Of a stretch of 53,093 nt of DNA, positions 1 to 10,200 are shown one piece after another. Both the position numbers and the translations under genes were made by a program. Every line of letters starts with the position of its first letter. Position 1 is the first letter of the stretch. A model generated the notes under the pieces. That model saw only the letters and a list, made by a program, of their open reading frames with translations. It was not told where the DNA came from and made no database searches. Location of the stretch: positions 1 to 53,093 of the forward strand of contig CBIHPJ010000001.1 in the NCBI GenBank assembly GCA_966211295.1, read 5' to 3'. This stretch comes from an uncultured Myxococcales bacterium. Lineage in GTDB: Bacteria; Myxococcota; Myxococcia; Myxococcales; Myxococcaceae.

Positions 1-11
1 GCGCAAGGAGC

Positions 12-2246
12 TCAGGCTCGGCTGAGCAGATTGCGCGGTTGTTTGGGTTTTCCAGGGGGCAGCCGCCTCACCCATTTCGGGGCCCACCAGTTCGCTTTGC
101 CGAAGAGGCGCATGGTCGCGGGCACCAACAGCACTCGCACCAACGTGGCGTCGAGCGCCACCGCGATCGCCATGCCGACGCCGACGGCCTGAATGAGCAC
201 CACCTTCGCGAGGCCGAACGCCACGAAGACCGCGACCATGATCGCCGCCGCGGAGGTGACGAGCGCGCCCGTCTTCTCGAGTCCCTCACCGACCGCGTGC
301 GCGTTGTCGCCGGTGCGATCCCACACCTCGCGCATGCGCGTGAGGATCAGCACCTCGTAGTCCATCGACAAACCAAACAAGACGCAGAACAGAAGCACCG
401 GCAGCGCAGGCTCGAGTCCACGCGGCTCACCGTGCATCAGTCCGCCGTGGCCTTCCTGGAAGAGGAACACCAGCGCGCCGAAGGATCCGCCGATGGAGAG
501 GAAGTTCATCAACACCGCCTTCAGCGGCAGCAGCACCGAGCGCAGCAAGATGAAGAGCGTGAGCAAGGTCGCGCTGATCACGAAGATCACCGCGCGCGGC
601 ATGCGGGAGAGCATGTAGTCGGTGCTGTCGACGTCGGCAGCGGCCTCACCACCGACGAGCATCACCCCATCGCCCACCACTCGATTCAGGCGCATCTCCT
701 TGATGATCTTCCGTGCCTCCGAACTGTCGGGCTTCGCCGGGGTGAGCGCCTGCAGGAAGACCACCTGATCCTTCGCGAACGTGCTCTTCACGCTCTCGAC
801 GAACTTGGCTTGCAGCTCTGGAGGATTGAGGAACAACGCCTGGTACCCCGCCCTGTCGACGCGCGTGTCGGCGAAGGGACTGTTCACCTTCGTCACTCCG
901 GGCAACTCGCTCATTCGCTTCGAGAGATCGTAGAGCGCGCCGATTCGCTCCGAGGTGAACGGGCTCCCCGAGGGGAACTTCACCACCACGTTGAAGTGCG
1001 TCGCCGCTTCGTCAGGGAAGTTCTTCGCGAGCAGGTGATAGCCGCGCGCCGCTTCGAGCTCAGCCGGGAGCACGCGCACGTCGGATGCCGCGAGCCGGAT
1101 CTGCGTGAAGGGCGAGGCGAGGAAGAGCAGCACTCCGAGCGTGGGAATGAGCACCATCAGCGGCCGCTTCATCACCGCGAGGGCGATGCCGTGCCAGAGA
1201 CCCTCCTTCACTCCGAAGCTCGGAATCGGGAGCTTGAGCGCGTTGATGCGCGGCCCGAGCACGGCGAGCAGCGCGGGCAAGGTGGTGAGCGCGAAGAGCG
1301 CCGCGAGCGCGACGACGATGGCGCCGCCCAGCCCCATGCTCATCAGGTACGAGCCGTCGAAGAAGAGCAGACCCGCGAGGCCGGAGCAGACCGCGAGGGC
1401 GGAGAAGGCCACCACTCGCCCCGCGTGATCCACCGCGCGCACCAGCGATTCGCGGTAGTCGTTTCCCGCCTCGAGCTCCTCTCGATATCGACTCACCGTG
1501 AAGAGCGAGTAGTCGATCGCCACGCCGAGACCGATCAGCGAGACGACATTCACCGTGTACTGAGAGATGTCGGTGATGTGAGAGAAGGCGAGCACGAGGC
1601 CGATGCCTCCGAGCACCGCGAGCCCGCCCACCGCCACGGGAAGAATCGCGGCCACCACGGTCCGGAACACGAGCAACAGCACCAGCAGGGCGAGCGGCAG
1701 CGAGACGAGCTCGGCGAGGCGGAGGTCCTTCTCCAGCTGATCTCCCATGTCGTCGAGGAACGCGAGCTGACCAGTCGCGGTGACCTGGAGCACCTCGCTG
1801 TGCACCATCGCGCGAATGCGCGGGTACTGGTCGAGCGCGATCTTGGTCTCGTCCTTGAAGGTCACCAGTGCGTAGGCGGTGCGCGCGTCTTCATTGATGC
1901 GCGTCACCTCGATCTCTTCCGGGAGCTCGTCTGGCACCTCGACCCGGGAGATCGCCGGGTCCTTTCGCAGCGGTTCGAGCGCGTCCTTCATCGCCTTCAC
2001 GAACTCCGGGGAGTCCGGCGTGAGCGTCGGTGATTGGAAGACGAAGATCACCGTGTCGTCGAGGTTGCGGCCGAGCACCTGCTCCACCTGTTTGCCCGCC
2101 GTCGTCGACTCGAGGCCCCGATAGAACGCGCCGGTCAGCTTTCCTCCGATCACCACGGAGACGAGAGCGGCCGCCAGGGCCAGCAAGCTCGCAATGAGCA
2201 CGAACCATCGCCTTCGAAACGCGAAGTCTCCCAGCGCACGGAACAT
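12..2246 (-). CDS. MMPL/RND-superfamily membrane transporter (744 aa)
   Basis: Full-length ORF. It has an N-terminal FRRRWFVL membrane anchor and two clusters of hydrophobic helices separated by large soluble loops, the typical MMPL-domain layout. The + strand ORF 39..2033 is its antisense shadow. Confidence 0.8.
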   Translation of the reverse strand: MFRALGDFAFRRRWFVLIASLLALAAALVSVVIGGKLTGAFYRGLESTTAGKQVEQVLGRNLDDTVIFVFQSPTLTPDSPEFVKAMKDALEPLRKDPAISRVEVPDELPEEIEVTRINEDARTAYALVTFKDETKIALDQYPRIRAMVHSEVLQVTATGQLAFLDDMGDQLEKDLRLAELVSLPLALLVLLLVFRTVVAAILPVAVGGLAVLGGIGLVLAFSHITDISQYTVNVVSLIGLGVAIDYSLFTVSRYREELEAGNDYRESLVRAVDHAGRVVAFSALAVCSGLAGLLFFDGSYLMSMGLGGAIVVALAALFALTTLPALLAVLGPRINALKLPIPSFGVKEGLWHGIALAVMKRPLMVLIPTLGVLLFLASPFTQIRLAASDVRVLPAELEAARGYHLLAKNFPDEAATHFNVVVKFPSGSPFTSERIGALYDLSKRMSELPGVTKVNSPFADTRVDRAGYQALFLNPPELQAKFVESVKSTFAKDQVVFLQALTPAKPDSSEARKIIKEMRLNRVVGDGVMLVGGEAAADVDSTDYMLSRMPRAVIFVISATLLTLFILLRSVLLPLKAVLMNFLSIGGSFGALVFLFQEGHGGLMHGEPRGLEPALPVLLFCVLFGLSMDYEVLILTRMREVWDRTGDNAHAVGEGLEKTGALVTSAAAIMVAVFVAFGLAKVVLIQAVGVGMAIAVALDATLVRVLLVPATMRLFGKANWWAPKWVRRLPPGKPKQPRNLLSRA

Positions 2247-2436
2247 GGGGAGGGCGAACGCAAGAATGGGTCCGAACGCGAGCTCGCCTCACTGGTGCAC
2301 AATCACCTCACTTTCTCTAGAAGCGCGCCGTGCGATTCCCGCTGTTCGTTCGTCCGGTGCTCCCGAAGTGTGGCTCGTTCGCGCTCGTTACGCAGGAGTG
2401 CCGCACGTGAGGACTCCGGGTGAACGCCAGCTCGCG

Positions 2437-3219
2437 GTGGTGAACGCACATCAGGACAAGCAGCGGCGCTCCGGGCTCGCCGTGGCGATCGGCGCCGCGG
2501 TGATGATCGCGATCCTGCTCTCGCGGCAGCACGAGGTCTTTGGGATTCCAGGTCCCGTGCTCGGACTGGGGTTGATCGCGGGCGGATTTCTGCTCGCGTG
2601 GCAGACCGGGCTCTTCGCGCGCGCGCACGCGATGCTGCGCCTGGGCGCCATTCGCACCGCTGGGTTGGAGGCGACCGCGAAGCTGAACGCAGGAGACTTT
2701 TCAGGAGCGCGCGAGGCGTTCGGTGAGCTGCTCTTCACCGCTCAGCCGCTGGGCGCTTTTCACGCGGTGCACGTGTTGATGTTCGGCGTGTGCCGCTACT
2801 TCGAGGGCCACACGAAGGAAGGTCTCGCGCTCGTGGTGCGCGCGATCGACTCGCAGTGGCTCAGCGTTCGTCAGACGCGCGAGGTGAAGATCGCCGCGGA
2901 GACATGGCGCGTGTTGATGCTGCTCGACCTGGGCGACGTGAAGGAAGCGCGCACCCGGGTCGATGCGAGCAAGCTGCTGGCGACCGCGGGACTCGCGGTG
3001 AGCGCGTACGAAGAGAAGTGGGACGAGGTGCTCGCAGGCGCGAAGGCGGCGCTCGGTGACTCGCAATTTCCGAAGAGCGGCCGCGCGACGGTCGCGGTGC
3101 TCGGCCGCTACGCCGCTCGGAAACGCAGCGTGAGCACGAAGGAATTCGAGCAGGTGCTCGAGGTGGACAAGCCCACCGCGCTGCTGGTGAACAACCCCGC
3201 GCTGAAGCGCTTCCTCTAG
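2437..3219 (+). CDS. Hypothetical membrane-anchored protein with helical-repeat C-terminal region
   Basis: ORF 2194..3219. The likely start is the in-frame GTG at 2437/2440, just before two predicted TM helices (AVAIGAAVMIAILL, LGLGLIAGGFLLAW). No recognisable catalytic motif. The start is uncertain. Confidence 0.45.
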   Translation: MVNAHQDKQRRSGLAVAIGAAVMIAILLSRQHEVFGIPGPVLGLGLIAGGFLLAWQTGLFARAHAMLRLGAIRTAGLEATAKLNAGDFSGAREAFGELLFTAQPLGAFHAVHVLMFGVCRYFEGHTKEGLALVVRAIDSQWLSVRQTREVKIAAETWRVLMLLDLGDVKEARTRVDASKLLATAGLAVSAYEEKWDEVLAGAKAALGDSQFPKSGRATVAVLGRYAARKRSVSTKEFEQVLEVDKPTALLVNNPALKRFL

Positions 3220-3225
3220 CCGAGC

Positions 3226-3441
3226 TCAGGAAGTGGACGCGGGCGCGACGTGCTCGGTGTAGCCGGGGTCGCGATGGTTGAAGTCGGGGTTGTGCGCGTC
3301 CCAGCAAGCGTCGGTGCAGAAGATCAGCTGCGTGCGCTTGCGGTTGCAGGTCGACACCGTGCACTTCAAGTACGTCGCCCCGAAGGCGATCGGCTTCTTA
3401 CAGACGTTGCACTTGCCCCAGCTCGAGTCGGTCGTGGTCAT
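3226..3441 (-). CDS. Small Cys-rich zinc-ribbon-like protein (71 aa)
   Basis: Contains CxxC (CNVCKK) plus C-x4-C and C-x3-C-x2-H spacing. It lies 4 nt downstream of the thioesterase stop on the same strand, so the two look like an operon. Confidence 0.55.
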   Translation of the reverse strand: MTTTDSSWGKCNVCKKPIAFGATYLKCTVSTCNRKRTQLIFCTDACWDAHNPDFNHRDPGYTEHVAPASTS

Positions 3442-3445
3442 GGGT

Positions 3446-3868
3446 TCATCCCCCCAGGGGATGCGTTGCGATCAACGCGCGGAGCTTCTCGGTCACCGGC
3501 ACGCGCACCGGGTTTCGTTGTCCGTCGATGCAAACCATTTCGATACTCGCGTCGACCAGCAAACGCCCGTCGCTCTTCCTCACTGCTTTTTGGTCGAAGA
3601 CCACGCGGTACTCGCTCTCGAGGCGCACCACCGACTGGATCTCGAGGATGTCGCCGAACACCGCGCCTTCCTTGAACTGCTGCGTGGCCTTGTAGACGAC
3701 GAAGCCGGTCTTCTCCTCGCGCCACATGCGCACCAATTCGCCGGCGCCGAGCACGTGCTCACGGGCCCGCTCGAAGTAGCGCAGATAGTTCGCGTGGTAG
3801 ACGACCCCGGAGAAGTCGGTGTCTTCGTAATAGACCTGAACTTCGAAGACGTGCGCTGAGCTGGCCAT
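3446..3868 (-). CDS. Acyl-CoA thioesterase, YbgC/4HBT hot-dog family
   Basis: The N-terminus VQVYYEDTDFSGVVYHANYLRYFERAR is the classic 4-hydroxybenzoyl-CoA thioesterase/YbgC signature. Size is 140 aa. Confidence 0.85.
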   Translation of the reverse strand: MASSAHVFEVQVYYEDTDFSGVVYHANYLRYFERAREHVLGAGELVRMWREEKTGFVVYKATQQFKEGAVFGDILEIQSVVRLESEYRVVFDQKAVRKSDGRLLVDASIEMVCIDGQRNPVRVPVTEKLRALIATHPLGG

Positions 3869-3919
3869 GTGGGCCGTCTATCGCGAAGCATCCCCTCGGG
3901 GGATTCGAAGCGTCAGCTG

Positions 3920-3935
3920 GGGCACATCACTTGCT
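3920..3935 (+). promoter_or_regulatory. Candidate sigma54 promoter GGGCAC-atcac-TTGCT
   Basis: GG-N10-GC spacing with 9/10 match to TGGCAC-N5-TTGC. It is intergenic, 12 nt upstream of ATG 3947 and about 300 nt upstream of cysH. Confidence 0.35.
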
Positions 3936-3946
3936 CAACCGGGGTG

Positions 3947-4147
3947 ATGCACTGGTTCCACGGCGTCGGTGACCTGAGGTGGCTGGCCGTCTTTTGGGTC
4001 AGCTCGTTCCTGATCATGCTGGGCGCGTGGTGGCTGTATGCGCGGGCAGGTAAGCCGAAGGACCTGACGCGGCCCCGACGCCGCACCGTGATGGGCTCTC
4101 CTCCCTACGTGAATCCGTACGAGCAGCACCCGCGTCCCTCCGCTTAA
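3947..4147 (+). CDS. Candidate small single-pass membrane protein (66 aa)
   Basis: ATG..TAA ORF with strongly G/C-biased third codon positions and one clear TM helix (LRWLAVFWVSSFLIMLGAWWLYA). It has no obvious RBS, so it may be leaderless. Confidence 0.4.
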   Translation: MHWFHGVGDLRWLAVFWVSSFLIMLGAWWLYARAGKPKDLTRPRRRTVMGSPPYVNPYEQHPRPSA

Positions 4148-4240
4148 CGCTTGAAGAAACCACAGGAGGCCACCGCCTCTTGCGCTGCGCGTCATATCCG
4201 CTATAACGGACACCCGCCCGATATCGCGGATTGCGCAGCC

Positions 4241-4960
4241 ATGAACGCCTCTCTCCCTCAGTTGGACCTGCCCTCCCCGTCCGTTTCAACGGATGAGCTG
4301 CTGAAGTGGGCTGAAACGCGGTTTGGAGCAAGCGCGGCGATCGCCTCGAGCTTCGGCCCCGAAGACGTCGTTCTCCTGCACCTGGCCTCGCAGCACGCGC
4401 CCAGCGTGAAGGTCTTCACGCTCGACACCGGCCGCCTTCCTCCCGAGACCTACGAGCTGATCGGCGTGCTGCAGCGCCGCTACGCGCTGCAGATCGAGAC
4501 CTTCTTTCCGAAGCACGACGCGGTGGAGAAGTTGGTGAGCGAGAAGGGCCACCTGTCTTTCCGCGAGAGTCTCGAAGCGCGCCGCGAGTGCTGCGGGATT
4601 CGCAAAGTCGAACCGCTCAAGCGCGCGCTCGCCGGACGTGCCGCGTGGATCACCGGACTGCGCCGCGAGCAATCGAACGAGCGCGGAGAAGTCGCCCACG
4701 CCGAGCACGACCAGGCGCACGGACTGTTGAAGCTCAACCCGCTCGCGTCGTGGAGCGCTGCCCAGATCTGGGAGTACATCCGCGAGCATCACCTTCCGTA
4801 CAACACGCTGCACGATCGCGGTTACGCGTCGATCGGCTGCGCTCCGTGCACGCGCGCGATCAAGCACCACGAGCCCGAGCGCGCGGGCCGTTGGTGGTGG
4901 GAACAGAGTGAAGTGAAGGAGTGCGGGCTGCACCTCGCCGGTGGAGCGCTCGCGCCATGA
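4241..4960 (+). CDS. cysH: Adenylylsulfate (APS) reductase, thioredoxin-dependent, Fe-S type
   Basis: PAPS/APS reductase fold. It carries the CC (RRECCGIRKV) and CxxC (GCAPCT) cluster ligands plus the C-terminal catalytic ECGLH motif. Start chosen at MNASLPQ. Confidence 0.9.
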   Translation: MNASLPQLDLPSPSVSTDELLKWAETRFGASAAIASSFGPEDVVLLHLASQHAPSVKVFTLDTGRLPPETYELIGVLQRRYALQIETFFPKHDAVEKLVSEKGHLSFRESLEARRECCGIRKVEPLKRALAGRAAWITGLRREQSNERGEVAHAEHDQAHGLLKLNPLASWSAAQIWEYIREHHLPYNTLHDRGYASIGCAPCTRAIKHHEPERAGRWWWEQSEVKECGLHLAGGALAP

Positions 4961-5511
4961 CTGACTTTCCCGTCTGCTTGCGGTTGCAGGGCCGGCGCGT
5001 CCTCATCGTGGGAGGGGGCGTGATCGCAGAGGGGAAGATTCGCGGACTGGTGGCGGCGGGCGCGGTGATTCGGGTGGTCGCTCCTGAGGTGACTCCACCC
5101 ATCGCCGAACTCGTCGCCACCGGCGCCGTCGAATGGAGCGCGCGCGCGTTCGAGCCCAGCGACGTGCAGGGACATCCATTCGTGTTCAGCGCGACGAACG
5201 ATCGCAGCGTGACCGAAGTGGTCTCGGTGGCGGCGCGTTCCGCGGGCGCGCTGCTGAACGCCGCGGATGATCCCGAGTTCTGCGACTTCACCCTGCCCTC
5301 CGTCGGCCGGCGTGGATTGATCACCGTCGCGGTCTCGACGGATGGCGCAGCGCCCGCGGTGGCAGCGCGAGTGCGTCGTCGCTTGATGGAAGAGCTGTCG
5401 GCCGGAGAACGTGCTCGCGCGCGCTTGAGCTCGGTGGTGCGCAGACATTGGAGACGCGGTCCCTGGAGAACGGTGGTGCTCCGGTGGATCGCTCGAGGGT
5501 TCGCGTCGTGA
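4957..5511 (+). CDS. Precorrin-2 dehydrogenase / sirohydrochlorin ferrochelatase (CysG N-domain, SirC/Met8-like)
   Basis: Rossmann motif RRVLIVGGGVIAEGKIRGLVAAGA. The ATGA overlap with the cysH stop places it in the siroheme branch of the operon. Confidence 0.8.
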   Translation: MTDFPVCLRLQGRRVLIVGGGVIAEGKIRGLVAAGAVIRVVAPEVTPPIAELVATGAVEWSARAFEPSDVQGHPFVFSATNDRSVTEVVSVAARSAGALLNAADDPEFCDFTLPSVGRRGLITVAVSTDGAAPAVAARVRRRLMEELSAGERARARLSSVVRRHWRRGPWRTVVLRWIARGFAS

Positions 5512-6371
5512 TTCATCGCAAGAAGCCAGGAACGGTGTTCATCGTTGGTGCGGGTCCGGGCGATCCCGGGTTGCTCACGTTGAAGGCGGCCCAGCTGCTC
5601 TCGAAGGCCGACGTGGTGGTGCACGATCGGCTCATTCATCCCGAGGTGCTCGAGCACGCGCGCAACGGTGCACGGCTGATCTACGCGGGGAAGGAAGGCG
5701 GCGGAGAGTCGACGCGTCAGGAAGACATCAACCGCGAGTTGATCGAGCACGCTCGGCTGGGGCGCTCGGTGGTGCGCCTCAAGGGAGGCGATCCCTTCGT
5801 CTTCGGGCGCGGAGGAGAAGAGGCCCTCGCGCTCTCTGCGGCGGGGATTCCGTGGGAAGTGGTGCCCGGCGTCTCGAGTGGAATTGCTGCTCCTGCTGCT
5901 GCCGGAATTCCCGTCACGCTGCGCGGCGTCTCTGCGGCGGTGACCTTTGCGACTGCGCATCTCGAGGCGAACGAGCCTGATTGGAAGCACCTCGCGACCG
6001 CTCCCACCCTCGTGCTGTTCATGGCGGGCTCGCGCCTGGAGAAGGTCTGCGCCGCGTTGGTGAATGCGGGCCGCTCTGCGTCGACACCGGCGGCGATCGT
6101 CGAAGCCGGCACGTGGAGTCATCAGAGAGTGATCGAGAGCACTCTGGGCGAGCTGAGCTCCCTCTCCCTGCGAGAGCGGGGAGAGGGTCGGGGTGAGGGG
6201 CTCAAGCAACCAAGTGAGGCCCCTCACCCGGCCTCCGGCCGACCTCTCCCCGCTCGCAGGGAGAGGTTTTCTGTGGGCTCACCTGCGCTGCTGATCGTCG
6301 GGGACGTCGTGCGAGTGCGACAGGCACTCATGCAGTCGGAGCAGCCCGAGCTCGCACGAGGTGTCTCATGA
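5508..6371 (+). CDS. cobA: Uroporphyrinogen-III C-methyltransferase (SUMT)
   Basis: [31 protein letters not shown] and the C-terminal [11 protein letters not shown] motifs are present. The GTGA overlap with the upstream gene marks the start. The ORF carries an in-frame REP-element insertion at 6160..6266. Confidence 0.85.
   Translation: MIHRKKPGTVFIVGAGPGDPGLLTLKAAQLLSKADVVVHDRLIHPEVLEHARNGARLIYAGKEGGGESTRQEDINRELIEHARLGRSVVRLKGGDPFVFGRGGEEALALSAAGIPWEVVPGVSSGIAAPAAAGIPVTLRGVSAAVTFATAHLEANEPDWKHLATAPTLVLFMAGSRLEKVCAALVNAGRSASTPAAIVEAGTWSHQRVIESTLGELSSLSLRERGEGRGEGLKQPSEAPHPASGRPLPARRERFSVGSPALLIVGDVVRVRQALMQSEQPELARGVS
6160..6266. repeat. Inverted pair of REP-like palindromic elements inside cobA
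   Basis: The first copy is CCCTCTCCCTGCGAGAGCGGGGAGAGGGTCGGGGTGAGGGG. After a 19-nt spacer comes CCCCTCACCCGGCC..GACCTCTCCCCGCTCGCAGGGAGAGG. The pair translates in frame as [37 protein letters not shown]. Confidence 0.85.
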
Positions 6372-7276
6372 GCCGCTCACCCGATTCACATCTCGCGCGC
6401 CTCGAAGCCGAGAGCATCTACATCCTCCGCGAAACGGCAGCGGAGTTCGCGAACCCGGTACTGCTCTACAGCATCGGCAAAGACTCACAGGTGCTGCTGC
6501 ACCTCGCGCGCAAGGCGTTCCATCCCGCGCCGGTGCCCTTCCCGCTCCTCCACGTCGACACCACGTGGAAGTTCCGCGAGATGTACGCGTTCCGCGATCG
6601 CTTCACGGCGCAGCATGGGCTCAACCTCATCGTTCATCAGAACAAGCGGGCGCTCGCCGAGGGCATCAACCCGTTCGACTTCAGCAGCCAGAAGTACACG
6701 CACGCGATGAAGACCCAGGGCTTGCTCGACGCGCTGGCCCTCCATGGCTTCGACGCGGCGCTCGGTGGCGCACGTCGTGACGAAGAGAAGTCGCGCGCGA
6801 AAGAACGAGTCTTCTCGTTTCGCGATCGCAACGGTCAATGGGAGCCACGGCGGCAGCGCCCCGAACTGTGGTCGCTCTTCAACGGACGCGTCGACCAGGG
6901 CGAGAGCATGCGCGTGTTCCCGCTCTCGAATTGGACCGAGCTCGACGTGTGGAACTACGTGCTCGAGGAGCGCATCCCCGTGGTGCCGCTCTACTTCGCT
7001 GCCGAGCGTCCGGTGATCGAGCGCAACGGGATGTTGTTGATGGTGGATGACGAGCGCATGCGCCTGCGTCCCGGCGAAGTACCGAAGCCGCGGCGCGTGC
7101 GCTTCCGCACGCTCGGTTGCTACCCGCTGAGCGGCGCCGTCGAGTCGAACGCCTCGACGCTCGAGCAGGTGATCGCCGAGATGAGCGCCGCGCGTGTGTC
7201 CGAGCGGCAGGGCCGGATGATCGACCACGACGAAGAGGGCTCGATGGAGTCGAAGAAGCGCGAGGGCTACTTCTGA
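6368..7276 (+). CDS. cysD: Sulfate adenylyltransferase subunit 2
   Basis: [11 protein letters not shown] and the PP-loop [20 protein letters not shown] are present. Size is 302 aa. There is an ATGA overlap with the cobA stop. Confidence 0.92.
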   Translation: MSRSPDSHLARLEAESIYILRETAAEFANPVLLYSIGKDSQVLLHLARKAFHPAPVPFPLLHVDTTWKFREMYAFRDRFTAQHGLNLIVHQNKRALAEGINPFDFSSQKYTHAMKTQGLLDALALHGFDAALGGARRDEEKSRAKERVFSFRDRNGQWEPRRQRPELWSLFNGRVDQGESMRVFPLSNWTELDVWNYVLEERIPVVPLYFAAERPVIERNGMLLMVDDERMRLRPGEVPKPRRVRFRTLGCYPLSGAVESNASTLEQVIAEMSAARVSERQGRMIDHDEEGSMESKKREGYF

Positions 7277-10200
7277 TGACTGCGCTTCCCTTGAAGCCGC
7301 TGCTGCGTCTCGCGGTGGTGGGCTCGGTCGACGACGGCAAGAGCACGCTCATCGGGCGGCTGCTCTACGAATGCGACGCGCTCTTCGAGGATCAGATCGC
7401 CTCGGTGCGGAAGGCCACCACGAAGAAGGGCGAGACGGAGATCGACTTCTCGCTCTTCACCGATGGGCTCCTCGCCGAGCGCGAGCAGGGCATCACCATC
7501 GACGTCGCGTATCGATATTTCTCCACTGCGCGTCGCACGTTGATCGTCGCCGATACCCCGGGACACGTTCAGTACACGCGCAACATGGCGACGGGCGCTT
7601 CGACCGCAGACGCCGCGGTGATCCTGATCGACGCGCGCCTCGGAGTGCTCCCCCAGACGCGCCGCCACGCGTACATCGCGTCGCTGCTGCGCGTGCCGTA
7701 CCTCGCCGTCGCGGTGAACAAGATGGATCTGGTCGGGTTCGATCACTCGACCTTCAAGCGCATCGGTGAAGAGCTGCTCGCGTTCACCAGCACCCTCGGG
7801 TTCAAGGAAGTGCGGCTGTTCCCCGTGAGCGCGCGTGCGGGGGACAACTTGAAGGAGTTGTCGGAGCGGACTCCGTGGCACCAGGGCGGCACGCTGCTCG
7901 GTTGGCTCGAGTCGCTGCCGCATGAGGATCGCTCGCTCGATGCCGCGCTGCGTTTTCCCGTGCAGAACGTGCTGCGTCCGCACCTCGACTACCGCGCGTT
8001 CGCGGGACAGGTGGCGAGCGGCGTCGTCAAAGTGGGAGACGAAGTTCAGGCGTTGCCTTCAGGTGCGCGCTCGCGCGTGGTGGGCATCGATACGTTCGAT
8101 GGTCCGCTCACCGAGGCGAGCGCGCCAACCTCGGTCGCGCTGAGGCTCGAGCACGAGCTCGACATCTCGCGTGGTGACGTGCTCGTGCATCCGGGGCGCC
8201 TACCGCTCTCGCTGCAGCGCTTCGAAGCGGAGCTCGTGTGGTTCGGAGAGAAGCCGCTCGAGCCGGGACGTCGTTACCTGATCAAGCACACGACGCGCAC
8301 CGTGCCGGCGCAAGTGGAGCGCGTGGTGTTCAGGAAGGAGCTCGAGGATCTCTCCGATGCTCCTGCGGAGACGCTCGCGCTGAACGACATCGGGCGCGTG
8401 GTCATCTCGAGCAAGCGGCCGTTGCTCGGTGATCGCTACGTCGATGATCGCCGCACCGGCGCGTTCATCGTCATCGACCCGCTCACCAACGACACGGTGG
8501 CGACTGGGATGATCGCGGGGCCGCATGGAGCGGACGGGGCTCATGCCGGTGGTTCTTCCATCACCGCGGAGCAGCGGCGCACCCGGCTCGGGCATCTCTC
8601 GGGCGTGCTGGTCGTTTCTGATGAATCGGAAGCAACGACGGTCGAGAAGAAGCTGTTCGAAGCGGGCGTCGTCACTGCACTCGCACGAGGTGACGGAGAG
8701 CTCGCGGTGGCTCTCGCTGAAGCAGGTCTCTGTGCGATCGCGTGGGCCAAGAGTCCGATCGCGCTTCGCTCGATCACGGATCACGCGAAGGAAGCGGGAG
8801 TTCCACTCCGTCAGCTCGTCGACTTCCTTCCTCCGGTGGCGGCTCACCCAAGCGCCACGATCCTCTACGGCTCTCAAACCGGTAATAGCCGCACCCTCGC
8901 GGAGAAGCTGCATCACCAACTCGCGGCTGCCGGAGTCGAGGCACGACTGCTACGCACCGGCGAGTACCAGGTCCGCGAGCTCGCGAAAGAGTCGCTCCTT
9001 TACGTCGTCATCAGCACGCAGGGCGATGGCGATCCGCCCGACGATGCGAAGAGCTTCTTCGACTTCATCAGCAGCAAGAGAGCTCCGCGGCTCGAGCAGC
9101 TGCAGTTCGGCGTGCTCGGACTCGGTGACACGAGCTACACGAAGTTCTGCGAGATCGGGCGTGTGCTGGATGCGCGGTTCGCGGCACTCGGCGCGAAGCG
9201 GATCGTCGATGCGGGCGAGTGTGATGTTGATTTCGAGACGGTCGGTACTCCGTGGATCGAGCGGGCGGTTGAGAAGGCTCCGCGCGGGAAGACGCATGCC
9301 CTCACCCCGACCCTCTCCCGCGGCGCGAGGGAGACACTGGGGCGTTTCAATCGAGAGACGCCCTTCGCAGCCGAAGTGCTGGTGAATCAGCGCATCGTCG
9401 CTCGCGACGCGTTGAAAGAGGTGCGCCATGTCGAGCTCTCTCTCGGTGCATCGCGTCTCACGTACGAACCCGGCGACTCGCTCGGCATCTGGCCGCGCAA
9501 CGCTCCCGAGTTGGTGAAGGCGGTGCTCTCCACGCAGAAGCTCGACGGCGACGTTCAGCTCACGCGCGATTCGCAGCGGCATCCGCTCAGCACGTGGCTC
9601 GCGTCGAAGCTCGAGCTCACCAAGTTGTCTCGTCCCTTCCTCGCAGCGCACGCGGCGTTGGCGAAGAGCGCTGAGCTTGACGCTGCGCTGAAGCCGGAAG
9701 GAGCCGAAGCGCTGCGTACGCTCCTCGACACGCACCAGGTGATCGACATCCTTCGTCGCTACCCCGCGAAGTGGGAACCCGACGCGCTCGTTCACTCATT
9801 GCGTCGCCTGGCTCCGCGCCTGTACTCGATCGCCTCGAGTCAGAAGCGCGTGGGCGCCGAGGTGCATCTCACGGTCGGCCACGTCGCGTACCAGGCGTTC
9901 GGCGAAGCGCACTTCGGAGTGGCCTCGCATCACCTCTCCACGCGCGCGTCTGAAGATCTCGTTCCCGTCTTCGTCGAGTCGAACCCGCGCTTCCGCCTTC
10001 CGTCCGACACCTCACGCGACGTGATCATGATCGGCCCGGGCACGGGCGTGGCTCCGTTCCGCGCGTTCGTGCAAGAACGAGTGGAAGTGGGAGCGAAGGG
10101 CCGCAACTGGCTCTTCTTCGGCGAGCAGCACTTCCGTTCTCAATTCCTGTACCAGGTGGAGTGGCAGGACGCGCTCAAGCGAGGTCAGCTCGCGAAGCTC

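Noticed and set aside
39-2033. 664-aa ORF on the plus strand, opposite the MMPL gene. Similar long antisense ORFs occur at 4860..6227, 14576..16000, 23817..25199, 32241..33581, 47990..49726 and 50026..51771.
   Set aside because: These ORFs are shadows typical of high-GC DNA. Their translations are Arg/His/Glu/Gly-rich low-complexity strings with no motifs. In every case the opposite strand carries a clearly recognisable protein.
2247-2436. TCTAGA-centred near-palindrome and a GG-N10-GC match (CGGACC..TTGCG) upstream of the MMPL gene.
   Set aside because: The palindrome arms are imperfect (ttctctagaa). The sigma54-like match has a poor -24 block and would start transcription at the ATG. Both are compatible with chance.
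7117-7275. A 53-codon extension of the cysN::cysJ ORF into cysD. The analogous 5' extensions are at 4151..4240 (cysH), 5448..5507 (cobA), 10292..10438 (cysI), 27221..27553, 35171..35857 and 42846..43208.
   Set aside because: The extensions overlap the preceding genes or intergenic promoters and lack homology-like sequence. Downstream starts give canonical N-termini, signal peptides or stop-start overlaps.
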